From positions 120,001 through 152,000 of the forward strand of contig NC_022359.1 in assembly GCF_000354175.2 (NCBI RefSeq): DNA of 32,000 bases, read 5' to 3'. The position numbers were made by a program, and so were the translations under genes. Numbering within the stretch: the stretch's first letter is position 1; each line of letters starts with the position of its first letter. Positions 8,917 through 17,988 of this stretch are shown one piece after another. The DNA comes from Vibrio alginolyticus NBRC 15630 = ATCC 17749. Lineage in GTDB: Bacteria > Pseudomonadota > Gammaproteobacteria > Enterobacterales > Vibrionaceae. The notes beneath the pieces are model-generated. The model was not told where the DNA came from and did no database searches. It was given only the letters and a program-made list of their open reading frames with translations.

Positions 8917-10386
8917 GTGTCTAACGGCGAACTGCCAAAAGACGCAGATGGGTTACAACTCAACTTTTGTAAAACATTGGCGTGTGACAACTTTGGATTG
9001 AGTGATGCAAAGCGTTACGTTCTGCAACATGCGAACCCTAAGCGTCCGGCGATGGTATGCCGTGAATGTGGAGCTTTCCCCCCCTTACTTAATAATCGCG
9101 ATGTCGTGAACGAACTTCATCGCCTGCGGCACGTCCACAGTGACGGGTTGCCTGCTTGCCGTAATGATGATTGCGACAACTTTGGACTTTCTGTCCACAC
9201 TCACAAACACCTCTATCACGCTTTCGGTTACAGTGGCGATCGCCAACGTTACCGCTGTAAAGTGTGTCAAAGTACCTTTGTCGACAAGTGGTCTGGTGCC
9301 AACAAGAAGCTTCAATTTCAAGAGAACTTGATGGGTTTATTGTTTACGGGATATTCCGTACGAGAAATCTGCCGCAAGCTTAGTATTAACCCAAAAACCT
9401 TTTACGATCATGTTGACCATATAGCTAGCCGCTGCCGCCGCAAGCTGGCAACCATTGATGCGCGCTGGGTAAACCACGCAACGTATTATGAATTGGCCTC
9501 AAACTATATTGCATTGCAACCGAACAGCAATAATGGTGTGTATTGGATTGTTTCTGGCGAAGCGCATTCTGGCTATATTCTTTGCCAGCACGTCAATTAT
9601 TCCGCTGATGAAGAGCCAATCGCAACGCTCGATCATAATCCTTACGATGAGGTGTCTCGTTTTGTTTCCCAGGAGTATGTAGCGGAAGCAAGTGAGCCGC
9701 TTGCGGAACCTTCTTATCACCTCAGAGAGCGAATTGACCAAAAATACCAAACAATTTTGGCTCGCGGTAACGTAGAAGACCCTCTTGGTAATCTATCTGT
9801 ATTTCATTACCCTTCAAAAGGGGCATTAGTCCGTCCGCCATACACCTCGTATGCACACTATTTGCACGTACTTGATATGTGCTGCCCAAACAAACGTGTA
9901 TCTCTATACATGCCTCAAGATCCCCTACTACGTTCAGCTGCACTGAGCGTTTGTTTACCTCGTATTAAAGAGAAAAGTGTCGACTTGATGTACGTAGAAG
10001 AGGACGCTAGTTGGGACATGAGCACTCCCTTTGGCAAAGTCGATATCGCCTATATGAGTTGGTGGCGCGATCGTTGGGCAATCTCTAGTCAAAACGAAAA
10101 CCACAAAGGCATTTGCTACCTCGCTGGCGATCAAAATGAGCCTGAAAAATGGTTTAACGTTGCGACAACTCGTCATGTGAAGTTTTATCAAAACCGCTTT
10201 CAGATTCTTTTCGAAAGCTTCATTAACGAGCCACGTCGCAAATTACGACCTGCTGGTATTTTACCTCTTTTAGATATATTCAGAGCTTGGCATAATTTGT
10301 GCTATCAGGATAAACAAGGTCTTACCGCTGCACAAAGGTTAGAAGTCTCTGATGCACCTTTGACAATCAAACAGCTCCTATCGTAG
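8917..10386 (+). CDS. Hypothetical protein with two tandem zinc ribbons plus an HTH. The N-terminus resembles IS1/IS1595-family transposases; the C-terminal ~300 aa are unassigned.
   Basis: 489 aa, GTG start with a strong SD (gaggggg) 5 nt upstream. Two CX4C...CX2C units each carry the repeated motif C-x4-CDNFGLS (CKTLACDNFGLS...CRECG and CRNDDCDNFGLS...YRCKVCQSTF). They are followed by LLFTGYSVREICRKLSINPKTFYDHV, which looks like an HTH. I saw no flanking inverted repeats. Confidence 0.75.
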   Translation: MSNGELPKDADGLQLNFCKTLACDNFGLSDAKRYVLQHANPKRPAMVCRECGAFPPLLNNRDVVNELHRLRHVHSDGLPACRNDDCDNFGLSVHTHKHLYHAFGYSGDRQRYRCKVCQSTFVDKWSGANKKLQFQENLMGLLFTGYSVREICRKLSINPKTFYDHVDHIASRCRRKLATIDARWVNHATYYELASNYIALQPNSNNGVYWIVSGEAHSGYILCQHVNYSADEEPIATLDHNPYDEVSRFVSQEYVAEASEPLAEPSYHLRERIDQKYQTILARGNVEDPLGNLSVFHYPSKGALVRPPYTSYAHYLHVLDMCCPNKRVSLYMPQDPLLRSAALSVCLPRIKEKSVDLMYVEEDASWDMSTPFGKVDIAYMSWWRDRWAISSQNENHKGICYLAGDQNEPEKWFNVATTRHVKFYQNRFQILFESFINEPRRKLRPAGILPLLDIFRAWHNLCYQDKQGLTAAQRLEVSDAPLTIKQLLS

Positions 10387-10417
10387 CTATTCTATTGGTA
10401 ATTTAGATGTAGTAATT

Positions 10418-10448
10418 AGGGGTTGTAACGGTATACATTACGGCCCCT
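10418..10448 (+). terminator. Possible terminator hairpin after the 489-aa gene
   Basis: aggggttgtaa...ttacggcccct forms an 11-bp stem including two G-U pairs. The U-tract is weak. A second 9-bp inverted repeat, tttaccaaa/tttggtaaa, lies at 10454-10487. Confidence 0.35.
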
Positions 10449-10552
10449 GATCGTTTACCAAAACGTTATCCGCATCGCTTTGGTAAAGAAACATGCATCT
10501 AACCACTTAATATTAGGTGTGATTTCCAGTTCGATAGTCATGGATGTGAACG

Positions 10553-12037
10553 TTGGATAAAAACCAAATTCAGCTAGAAGATGATCTCACTAAGCTTAAA
10601 GGCCAAATAAAATCGGCCCCTAAACATACCTTTAATATTGCGCAGCAATATCGTATCCGCGCGGAACAAATTTTATTTGTGGACGGAGAGATCAAAGCCT
10701 TACTCATCATGGCGCAATGCTGTTGGTGCCTAATGGATTACCGACAAGGCTTAAAACTCGTCAAAGACGCTTACAGCAAACAAACACAGCTTGAAACCGA
10801 CGATCATCTCCCGGAAATTCTCCATCTTTTTGCTCTCCAATATTGGGGCCAAGCAAAGTATTATTCCGCGCAACAATATTGGATTAATGCGCTCGAACAA
10901 TCTGCTCTCGTTGATGATGTTGAAATTCAAATCGAATCTCTAATTGGGCTTGGTAATGTATGGCGCATCACTAATGAACACCAACTTGCCGCTTCAACTC
11001 ATGAGTTAGCCGTTAAAGTGGCAAACAATGTTCGTATTGCTTGGTTAGAAGGTAAAGCGCGCATCTTATTAGCTTGGGACTATTACTTACTAAATAAGTT
11101 TGTCGAGATGCTTACGGTACTGGATGGAGCAACCGAAGTATTAAAAGATCATGATGATAGTACATGGCAAGCCGAGATCTGGGACTTTAAAGGGTTAGCA
11201 CTGCTTGGACTAGAACGCCTTGATGCGGCCGAAGAAGCCACCCAAAAAGCCCACCAGCTCGCCATTGAGCATGACCTCGTTTGGATGAAAGCACACTCTT
11301 TTATTAGCCGAGCAAGACTTGAGCTTTTGCGCCAAAATACAGACAGCGCTGCCAAGTTGCTACTTGCAGCAGAAGAGTCTGCACTCAGTTTCGACCACGG
11401 TGAGCTACTCAGCCAAATTTGCTTCCAACAATCACGAGTCGCTGAAGAACAAGGTGACTTTGAGTCTGCGTTTAACGCGTTCAAGAAATACCGTAAGCAC
11501 GCACTCAAAATGCTCAAAGAACAAACTCATCGAATCAGCATGGATAAAGCAAGAGGCTCTAAACGCCAACTAGAGCAGCGAGCACGTAAGCTGATCAATC
11601 ATATTCGCTCTCAACACGAATACGACCCTGAAAAACAGTTCTCTAATGTCGTTTCTGAGACCTACTGGTGGGAACAGTTAGTTTTGTTTAAAACGGAGCT
11701 CAAACGCTCTAACCACGCCATCATTATGATTCAGCATTCAAACCCCGAAGTTCTCGATGTTTGTACCGAGCTCGTTCATGCATTGACAACCTCCAGCGAC
11801 CTCATCTCGAGAATTTCCAGTAACAGGCTAGCAATGTTAATTGCAGAAAAAGGTCAAGCAGCAGAAGAGGTCTACCGCACTGTCCAAGCGATGTTAGACA
11901 TCTATCCATGGAAGCGACGCGGAATCAAAGGCCCGAAACCGATACTGTATTTGCAAGATATCCTGACCTTCCCATTCACGTTAGAACAGCTCGAAGAAAG
12001 TTATATTGAGGTAATGAAGAATGGAACAACTGCTTAG
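10553..12037 (+). CDS. TPR-like repeat protein with a degenerate, probably catalytically dead, GGDEF domain
   Basis: 494 aa. The helical-repeat N-terminal ~330 aa have TPR-like A/Y/W spacing. The C-terminus aligns by eye to the neighbour's GGDEF domain, but the signature is SSNRL (ISRISSNRLAMLI versus VRFGGEEFLVIL) and the IDIDHF metal site reads IQHSNP. The TTG start at 10553 is uncertain. Confidence 0.7.
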   Translation: MDKNQIQLEDDLTKLKGQIKSAPKHTFNIAQQYRIRAEQILFVDGEIKALLIMAQCCWCLMDYRQGLKLVKDAYSKQTQLETDDHLPEILHLFALQYWGQAKYYSAQQYWINALEQSALVDDVEIQIESLIGLGNVWRITNEHQLAASTHELAVKVANNVRIAWLEGKARILLAWDYYLLNKFVEMLTVLDGATEVLKDHDDSTWQAEIWDFKGLALLGLERLDAAEEATQKAHQLAIEHDLVWMKAHSFISRARLELLRQNTDSAAKLLLAAEESALSFDHGELLSQICFQQSRVAEEQGDFESAFNAFKKYRKHALKMLKEQTHRISMDKARGSKRQLEQRARKLINHIRSQHEYDPEKQFSNVVSETYWWEQLVLFKTELKRSNHAIIMIQHSNPEVLDVCTELVHALTTSSDLISRISSNRLAMLIAEKGQAAEEVYRTVQAMLDIYPWKRRGIKGPKPILYLQDILTFPFTLEQLEESYIEVMKNGTTA

Positions 12038-13604
12038 CAAGGTGACTGACGCAGGTATCGATCCTTCTTCCGTTTCAGGTGAAGAAGCGATTACGCTATG
12101 GGAACACATAGGGTTACATATTGCGTCAACAAACCGAGAGAAAGCGCATTGCTATATCATTAGCGCCGAGTATCGAAGAGAGATCAAACAGCTCAACGAC
12201 AGCATTAGTGAATTGAAACAAGCGCTTGAGTTGCTTGTTTTACCAGAGGATGTAGAAGATATTCTTTCTGTGAAAGCAAGCTTGAGTGAGCGTTTGGTTG
12301 AAGTAGGTGACTACAATGCGGCATTAACCGAGTATGTTGCTTCAACCAATATCGCCGTCGAGTACGGCTATATTGATGAGTACGTATTGGCCATTATTGG
12401 AATGGGTAATTTGTGCGATGCCCATGGGGATCACCAACGTGCATTACGTTATTATCAAAAAATAGATGCTATCGATCACGCTATTGGCAGTCGATCCCTA
12501 CGCCTTCGTTACAAGCTGTACATGCTTGCCTGTTATATCAGCTTGAACCGTACCGCAGACGCCAAAGAACTATTGAGTGAATGTGAAGAACTGAGCATTC
12601 TCGTCAGTGATAAAAACCTCGCCGCACAAATTCACCTCTACCGAGCCAAATTACATCGTCTGCAAGAAGACTACCCCAATGCGTTGCTGGCTATTTCGAA
12701 TGTTCAGTATACAACGGGTAGTGCCACGACATACTGGTTATCCACGATGGTCAAAATTGAGACTGCGTATTGTCTAAACGGTGTAGGGCACACTTCTTTA
12801 GCTAATTTAACGTTGGACTCCATCAGTAAAAGGATTCAAAAGCAACTATCTCCTATCGTTACTCAACATTTTTATAACGCGATGAGTCAAGTTTACGCCT
12901 CTCAAGGGTTGTATCAAGAAGCATTAAATTGTGAAAAAAAAGCGCATAGAATCGAATCTGATCTTGTAAAACATATTCCGATCGGTGAGTTAGGGTCTGC
13001 TCAACTACGCCGACTTTCACGCTTTGAGTTACAACTCAAACTCATTTTGTCAGAGCTAGAAAACAAAGAACTAAAAGAAACCACCAAGCAGCATAAAAAT
13101 ACTGTTGCTCAGCTACAGCAGGACGTCTTTACCGATCCACTTACGTCTTTACACAACCGACGCTGGTTAGAAGTTAAACTAAAAGATCTACTTCTGCACG
13201 ATACTGCATTTGCATTGATGGTCATCGATATCGATCACTTCAAATCCATCAATGACGAACTAAGCCACTTGGTGGGCGACAAAGCGATCAAAAGTGTGTC
13301 ACAGGAACTGGCGTCCTACTTCAGATTTAAAGGCGCATCGTGCGTACGATTTGGTGGTGAAGAGTTCCTCGTGATCCTTGAGAATACCCAACTGGAACGC
13401 GCAGAAATGCATGCCGAGAATTATCGTGAACGGATTTATCAATATGGTTGGGACGATATTCTTGGTGAGCGGGGGCTGACCGTATCCATAGGGATTACCT
13501 TGCATCGAGAAGGCGAGAATACTCAGCGAACTTTTTATCGTGCAGACAAAGCTCTTTATCGCGCCAAAGCCAATGGCAGAAACCAAGTCTGTACCGAACT
13601 TTAA
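12021..13604 (+). CDS. TPR-like repeat diguanylate cyclase (GGEEF)
   Basis: 527 aa. C-terminal GGDEF domain: DPLT.LHNRR, IDIDHFKSIND, RFGGEEFLVIL, YRADKALYRAKANGRNQV. No RxxD I-site lies 5 residues upstream of GGEEF. The start overlaps the upstream ORF by 17 nt, with GAGG 9 nt upstream of the ATG. Confidence 0.9.
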   Translation: MEQLLSKVTDAGIDPSSVSGEEAITLWEHIGLHIASTNREKAHCYIISAEYRREIKQLNDSISELKQALELLVLPEDVEDILSVKASLSERLVEVGDYNAALTEYVASTNIAVEYGYIDEYVLAIIGMGNLCDAHGDHQRALRYYQKIDAIDHAIGSRSLRLRYKLYMLACYISLNRTADAKELLSECEELSILVSDKNLAAQIHLYRAKLHRLQEDYPNALLAISNVQYTTGSATTYWLSTMVKIETAYCLNGVGHTSLANLTLDSISKRIQKQLSPIVTQHFYNAMSQVYASQGLYQEALNCEKKAHRIESDLVKHIPIGELGSAQLRRLSRFELQLKLILSELENKELKETTKQHKNTVAQLQQDVFTDPLTSLHNRRWLEVKLKDLLLHDTAFALMVIDIDHFKSINDELSHLVGDKAIKSVSQELASYFRFKGASCVRFGGEEFLVILENTQLERAEMHAENYRERIYQYGWDDILGERGLTVSIGITLHREGENTQRTFYRADKALYRAKANGRNQVCTEL

Positions 13605-13608
13605 ACCA

Positions 13609-13632
13609 TGCCCCGGTTGACACCTGGGGCTT
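13609..13632 (+). terminator. Terminator after the diguanylate cyclase gene
   Basis: gccccgg-ttgacac-ctggggc hairpin followed by ttt and a T-rich stretch. Confidence 0.65.
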
Positions 13633-13848
13633 TAGTATACTTTTTACTTATCCTTCCTATATCACTTCACTGCTTGTTTAAATAAGTACTCAGCAACACC
13701 TTAACTGCCAATAAACATCAGTGGATACTTACATCGCATAAACATAATTCCTACATAAAAACCGCTTGATTCATCTGTAGTTAAGACAAATACTTAAATT
13801 GTTAATTTACGTAGATTTTCCATTTCGCAATACGCACAGGTAGGTAAG

Positions 13849-14229
13849 ATGTTTCTAGACTATTTTGCACTTGGGTTACTCATCTTCGTTGCTTTAGTGA
13901 TCTTTTACGGAATCATTGTCATCCATGATATTCCATATGAAATCGCCAAAGAGAGAGAGCACCCGCACCAAGACGCAATTCACTACGCTGGCTGGGTCAG
14001 CCTTTTCACTTTGCATGCGCTGTGGCCATTTTTATGGATCTGGGCAACATTATGGCGCAAGGAACGCGGCTGGGGTTTTAAACAACTAGAACAAGAAACA
14101 CACGACATTCATCACCGCCTTGAAGAACTCATCGATGAAGTCAACGAACTCAAAAACGAAGTATCGATGTTGAAACAACAAAAGATTCAGCAAAAGCCTT
14201 TGCCTGAACAAAGTAAAGAGGACGAATAA
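13849..14229 (+). CDS. yiaW: DUF3302 inner-membrane protein, YiaW-like
   Basis: 126 aa. MFLDYFALG.LIFV.LVIFYGII..HDIPY.IAK...HPH.DAIH.AGWVSLFTLH..WPFLWIWATL is near-identical in pattern to E. coli YiaW. Confidence 0.85.
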   Translation: MFLDYFALGLLIFVALVIFYGIIVIHDIPYEIAKEREHPHQDAIHYAGWVSLFTLHALWPFLWIWATLWRKERGWGFKQLEQETHDIHHRLEELIDEVNELKNEVSMLKQQKIQQKPLPEQSKEDE

Positions 14230-15359
14230 TGGACTTATTGCTGATTCTGACTTACGCAGCTCTTTGTATTGCCATTTTTAAAATTTTCAATATTCCTCTA
14301 AACAAATGGACCGTTCCAACCGCCGTACTTGGCGGCGTAGTGTTAGTGGGCACACTCGTGCTGCTTATGAACTACAACCACCCATTTACTCAATTGGGTA
14401 ACCAAGTGTTCCCGACTACGCCTATCGTCTCTGGCGTGCGTGGCCGCGTGGTGGAAGTGCCAGTCCAGGCCAACCAACCGCTCAAAACGGGCGATATTCT
14501 TTTCAAAATCGATCCTGTCCCTTTTGAAGCAGAAGTTGCTCGCCTGGAAGCGAAAGTTAAAGAAGCAAGCCAAGGTGCGTTGGGCTTAGAGTCTGATCTA
14601 AGAGAGGCAGAAGCTGCTGTATTGAAAGCACAAGCGGACAGAGATAAAGCACAAAGGGAATTTAGCCGATATCAAAGGGGCTTTGATCGTGGCGCGTTTA
14701 CTGAACAAGATTTGGATACTCGACGCCAAGCGTATAAAGCGGCAGAAGCCATGTTAGACGTTGCGATTTTGCAACAAGAACAAGCGCAAATCGCTCTGGA
14801 CTCTGAAATCGGAGGCGAAAATACCCAAGTCGCGCAACTTCTTGCCGAGCTGCGTAAAGCAGAGTTTAACCTAGAGCAAACCGTCGTTCGTGCGCCAACC
14901 GATGGTTACGTTACGCAATTGGCTTTGCGTCCTGGTGTTATGGCTGTGCCGTTGCCACTTGCCCCGGCAATGACCTTCGTACATACCGAAGACATTACGT
15001 ACACCGCGGCATTCAGACAGAACTCATTACAACGCTTGAAGCCAGGCTTTGAAGCAGAATTTATGTTCCGCGCAATTCCGGGCAAAGTGTTCCGTGGCGA
15101 AGTCATTGACGTGATTCCAGCCATTGGTGAAAGCCAAATTCAAGCGCGAGGCGCTCTGCTTGGGACTGATGCCTTGCGCACGAGCGGACGTGTTTTTGCG
15201 AAGCTGAAAATTACCGACGACTTGAGTGGATACCACCTACCAATGGGTACTGCGGTTGAAGTTGCAGTTTATTCAGACAGCTTTACTCACGTATCAGTGA
15301 TGCGCAAAGTGCTTATTCGTATGAAGAGCTGGCAGAACTATTTATACCTCGACCATTAA
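14229..15359 (+). CDS. yiaV: HlyD-family membrane fusion protein, YiaV-like
   Basis: 376 aa. TAATG overlap with yiaW. N-terminal TM segment, coiled coil, and a C-terminal VAVYSD.F(S/T)HVSVMRKVL.RM.SW..YLYLDH as in E. coli YiaV. Confidence 0.85.
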   Translation: MDLLLILTYAALCIAIFKIFNIPLNKWTVPTAVLGGVVLVGTLVLLMNYNHPFTQLGNQVFPTTPIVSGVRGRVVEVPVQANQPLKTGDILFKIDPVPFEAEVARLEAKVKEASQGALGLESDLREAEAAVLKAQADRDKAQREFSRYQRGFDRGAFTEQDLDTRRQAYKAAEAMLDVAILQQEQAQIALDSEIGGENTQVAQLLAELRKAEFNLEQTVVRAPTDGYVTQLALRPGVMAVPLPLAPAMTFVHTEDITYTAAFRQNSLQRLKPGFEAEFMFRAIPGKVFRGEVIDVIPAIGESQIQARGALLGTDALRTSGRVFAKLKITDDLSGYHLPMGTAVEVAVYSDSFTHVSVMRKVLIRMKSWQNYLYLDH

Positions 15360-15408
15360 TGAACATATAGCGCATTCATTTATTGGTAAAAATAACATCA
15401 AACCGTGT

Positions 15409-15437
15409 AATCAGGGGCTCACGATCAGCCCCTGATT
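15409..15437 (+). terminator. Terminator hairpin after yiaV
   Basis: aatcaggggct-cacgatc-agcccctgatt, an 11-bp perfect stem. The U-tract is weak. Confidence 0.6.
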
Positions 15438-15694
15438 CATTCTAGCCATCCAGATAGATAGCATTCCCACTTTTATTAATATTCTGTATAATACGCGCCT
15501 TATTTTTAATGCTTGCTAAAACCAAAGCCAGTCAAAGGGATGCGTGAATCAAATCACACATTTCCTGAAGAAAAATAGAGCAAACAATAAGCAGCTTGGT
15601 TGTTTTGAATATATGTTACACAATCAAATAACTAACGCTTTCCAACAATATAAATGAACGTTCTTTAAAATCGACTATTGAACTGAGGTTATCT

Positions 15695-16243
15695 ATGAAT
15701 CTTTCCGCTAAAACTGTTGTGGTTATTGCAATCGGTGCTGCTCTTTACGGTATCGGTGGCTTACCTATGTTTGGCATCCCTGTGTTTGCAAACACAACGC
15801 TAAAACCAGCAATGGCAGTATTAGCATTGTTCTCAGTACTATTTGGACCACTTGTTGGCTTCTTGGTTGGTTTTATTGGTCACTGGGTTACTGACCTATT
15901 TGCAGGTTGGGGCGTATGGCTCACTTGGGTACTTGGTTCAGGTATTGTTGGTTTGATTATCGGTCTATTCCCTTCTCTAACGCGCTACCGTTTGGAGAAA
16001 GGTGATTTCAATATGAAAGACTTCGCGTTATTCGTAGTACTTGCGCTATTAGGCAACGTATTTGGTTACGGTTGCTCTGCATTCCTCGACACGATTTTAT
16101 ACGCAGAACCGTTCACTAAAGTGTTTACCCAGCTTTCTATTATCGCGATCGGTAACACCATTCTTATTGCTATTGTTGGCTTCTTCATTCTTAAGTCTGT
16201 CGCTAAACGTAACAAGCAAAGCCGTAACTTAACAGAGGCTTAA
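15695..16243 (+). CDS. ECF transporter substrate-specific (S) component; substrate unknown
   Basis: 182 aa with about six TM helices that are small and glycine-rich ([20 protein letters not shown]). It sits immediately upstream of an ECF-type A-A' ATPase and a T component. SD gagg lies 8 nt upstream. Confidence 0.75.
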
Positions 16244-16249
16244 TGTCGA

Positions 16250-17988
16250 ATGACAATCGAATTTTCTAACTTCTCTTTTAGATATGAGTCGCTGGACAAA
16301 CCGACGCTAAAAAATATCAATCTAAGGATAGAGAAAGGAGAGAAAATCGTCATTATCGGTCCAAGTGGTAGTGGTAAATCTACCCTTGGGCAATGTCTTA
16401 ACGGACTGATCCCACACGCAATCAAAGGGGAAACCAGTGGAACATTGACCATCAATGGTCAAGACACCGCCCCTTTCGACATGCACCAATACACTGAGCA
16501 AGTTGGCACCGTACTGCAAGATACGGACAGCCAATTTGTCGGCTTGAGCATTGGCGAAGACATCGCATTTGCGCTGGAAAACCAGCTAACTTCAAATATC
16601 GACATGTACCCATTGGTCAAAGCCACGGCCAAAATGGTCGACTTGGAACAGATGCTAGAACGCTCACCCCACGATTTATCTGGCGGGCAGAAACAGCGTG
16701 TTTCTTTGGCGGGCATTCTCGTCGATGATGTCGATATCCTTTTGTTTGATGAACCACTAGCTGCGCTTGACCCTAAAACGGGTAAAAAACCATCGAGATC
16801 ATCGATGATCTACACCGCGAAACGGGCAAAACCATCGTAATCATTGAGCATCGTCTTGAAGACGTTCTGCATTGCTCAGTTGACCGTATTATCTTGATGG
16901 AAAGCGGCAAAATCATTGCCGATACAACGCCAGATGAAATTTTAGCGTCGCCTCTGCTAGAAGATTACGGCATCCGCGAACCGCTTTATATTTCAGCACT
17001 GAAAGAAGCAGGCTGCGCGATTGAGGGCGATGCAAAACCTTCTAGCTTAACTACCTTACCGTTGGAGCAATATAAACCGGCAGTACAAGCATGGTTTGAT
17101 GGTTCAAAAGCACAACCGCCCAAAACGCCAGCCGAGACTTTGCTTGAAGTCCGTGGCCTCACCTATTCTTACGACGGTGAGAAAAACGCGTTAGAAGACG
17201 TGAGTTTTGACATCAAGCGTGGCGAGTTTGTCTCTGTACTTGGCAAAAATGGCTCGGGTAAATCGACCATCACCAAACTGATTATGGGCGTTATTGAAGC
17301 GGATAGCGGCTCAATGAGCATGAATGGTCAAGATCTTAACGAACTGACCATCTTCGAGCGCAGCCAGAAAGTGGGTGTGGTGATGCAAAACCCGAATCAC
17401 ATGATTTCCCATCACATGATTTTCGACGAAGTGGCCTTCGGCCTCCGTAATCGTGGCGTTGAAGAGAAACAAATCGAAGCTAAAGTACTTGAAGTCCTTG
17501 AGCTGTGCGGTTTGAGCAAATACCGTCACTGGCCAATCGAAGCATTGAGCTACGGCCAGAAAAAGCGCGTAACCATTGCGTCAATTTTGGTCTTGGAACC
17601 AGAGCTTCTGATCCTTGATGAACCGACGGCAGGTCAGGACTATCGAAACTACACGTCTATGCTGAGTTTCATCGAAAAGCTCAATCGCGAGTTGGGCGTA
17701 ACCGTAATGATCATCTCTCATGACATGCATTTAGTGTTGGAATACACCTCGCGCTCTATCGTGATTGCAGACAGTAAATTAGTCGCGGATGCACCAATGA
17801 CGCAGGTATTCAGCAGTCCAGAGCTACTAGACCAAGCAAACCTCACTACCACAAGTTTGTTTGAGTTGGCTACGAAAGTTGGTATCGAGGACACCAATGG
17901 CTTTATGCAGCACTTTATCAATGTAGAAAAAGCGCACCGCCAACAAAAAAGCGACGACGTAAACCAACTAGAGAAAGCGGTGGCATGA
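16250..17988 (+). pseudogene. ECF transporter fused duplicated ATPase (A-A', YkoD-like), interrupted by a 1-nt frameshift in an A6 run
   Basis: ORF 16250..16840 carries Walker [19 protein letters not shown] and Walker [13 protein letters not shown], then goes out of frame after GKK. The frame of ORF 16894..17988 is open from 16786 and reads [26 protein letters not shown], which is the missing H-loop of NBD1. It continues into a second NBD (GKNGSGKST, LSYGQKKRV, LILDEPTAGQD, ISHD). One extra A in 16784-16789 restores a single ~579-aa ORF. Confidence 0.85.

Noticed and set aside
8850-10450. Possible IS element around the transposase-like 489-aa gene
   Set aside because: I found no terminal inverted repeats or flanking direct repeats. 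The upstream hairpin (8870-8892) is the deoD terminator. The putative DDE positions look substituted. I therefore treat it as a chromosomal gene, not a mobile element.
11149-11517. Antisense ORFs inside long genes (for example 11149..11517 -, 17718..18044 -, 13299..13586 -, 8015..8290 -, 3133..3375 -, 22058..22351 -)
   Set aside because: They are fully embedded opposite well-supported genes, lack SD sequences, and have compositionally biased translations rich in Ser, Arg, Cys and Leu. They are most likely non-coding shadow frames.
15480-15694. Known riboswitch in the ECF operon leader
   Set aside because: I compared the leader by eye with the conserved cores I know: TPP (CUGAGA...ACCUGA), FMN, cobalamin (B12 box), preQ1, THF and GEMM. 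None is present. Only a modest imperfect hairpin is visible, so no RNA feature is called.
16894-17988. Independent 364-aa ATPase gene starting at 16894, as in the ORF track
   Set aside because: The reading frame is open from 16786 and encodes the missing C-terminal part of the first NBD. The 16894 start is an artefact of the frameshift in a single fused A-A' gene.
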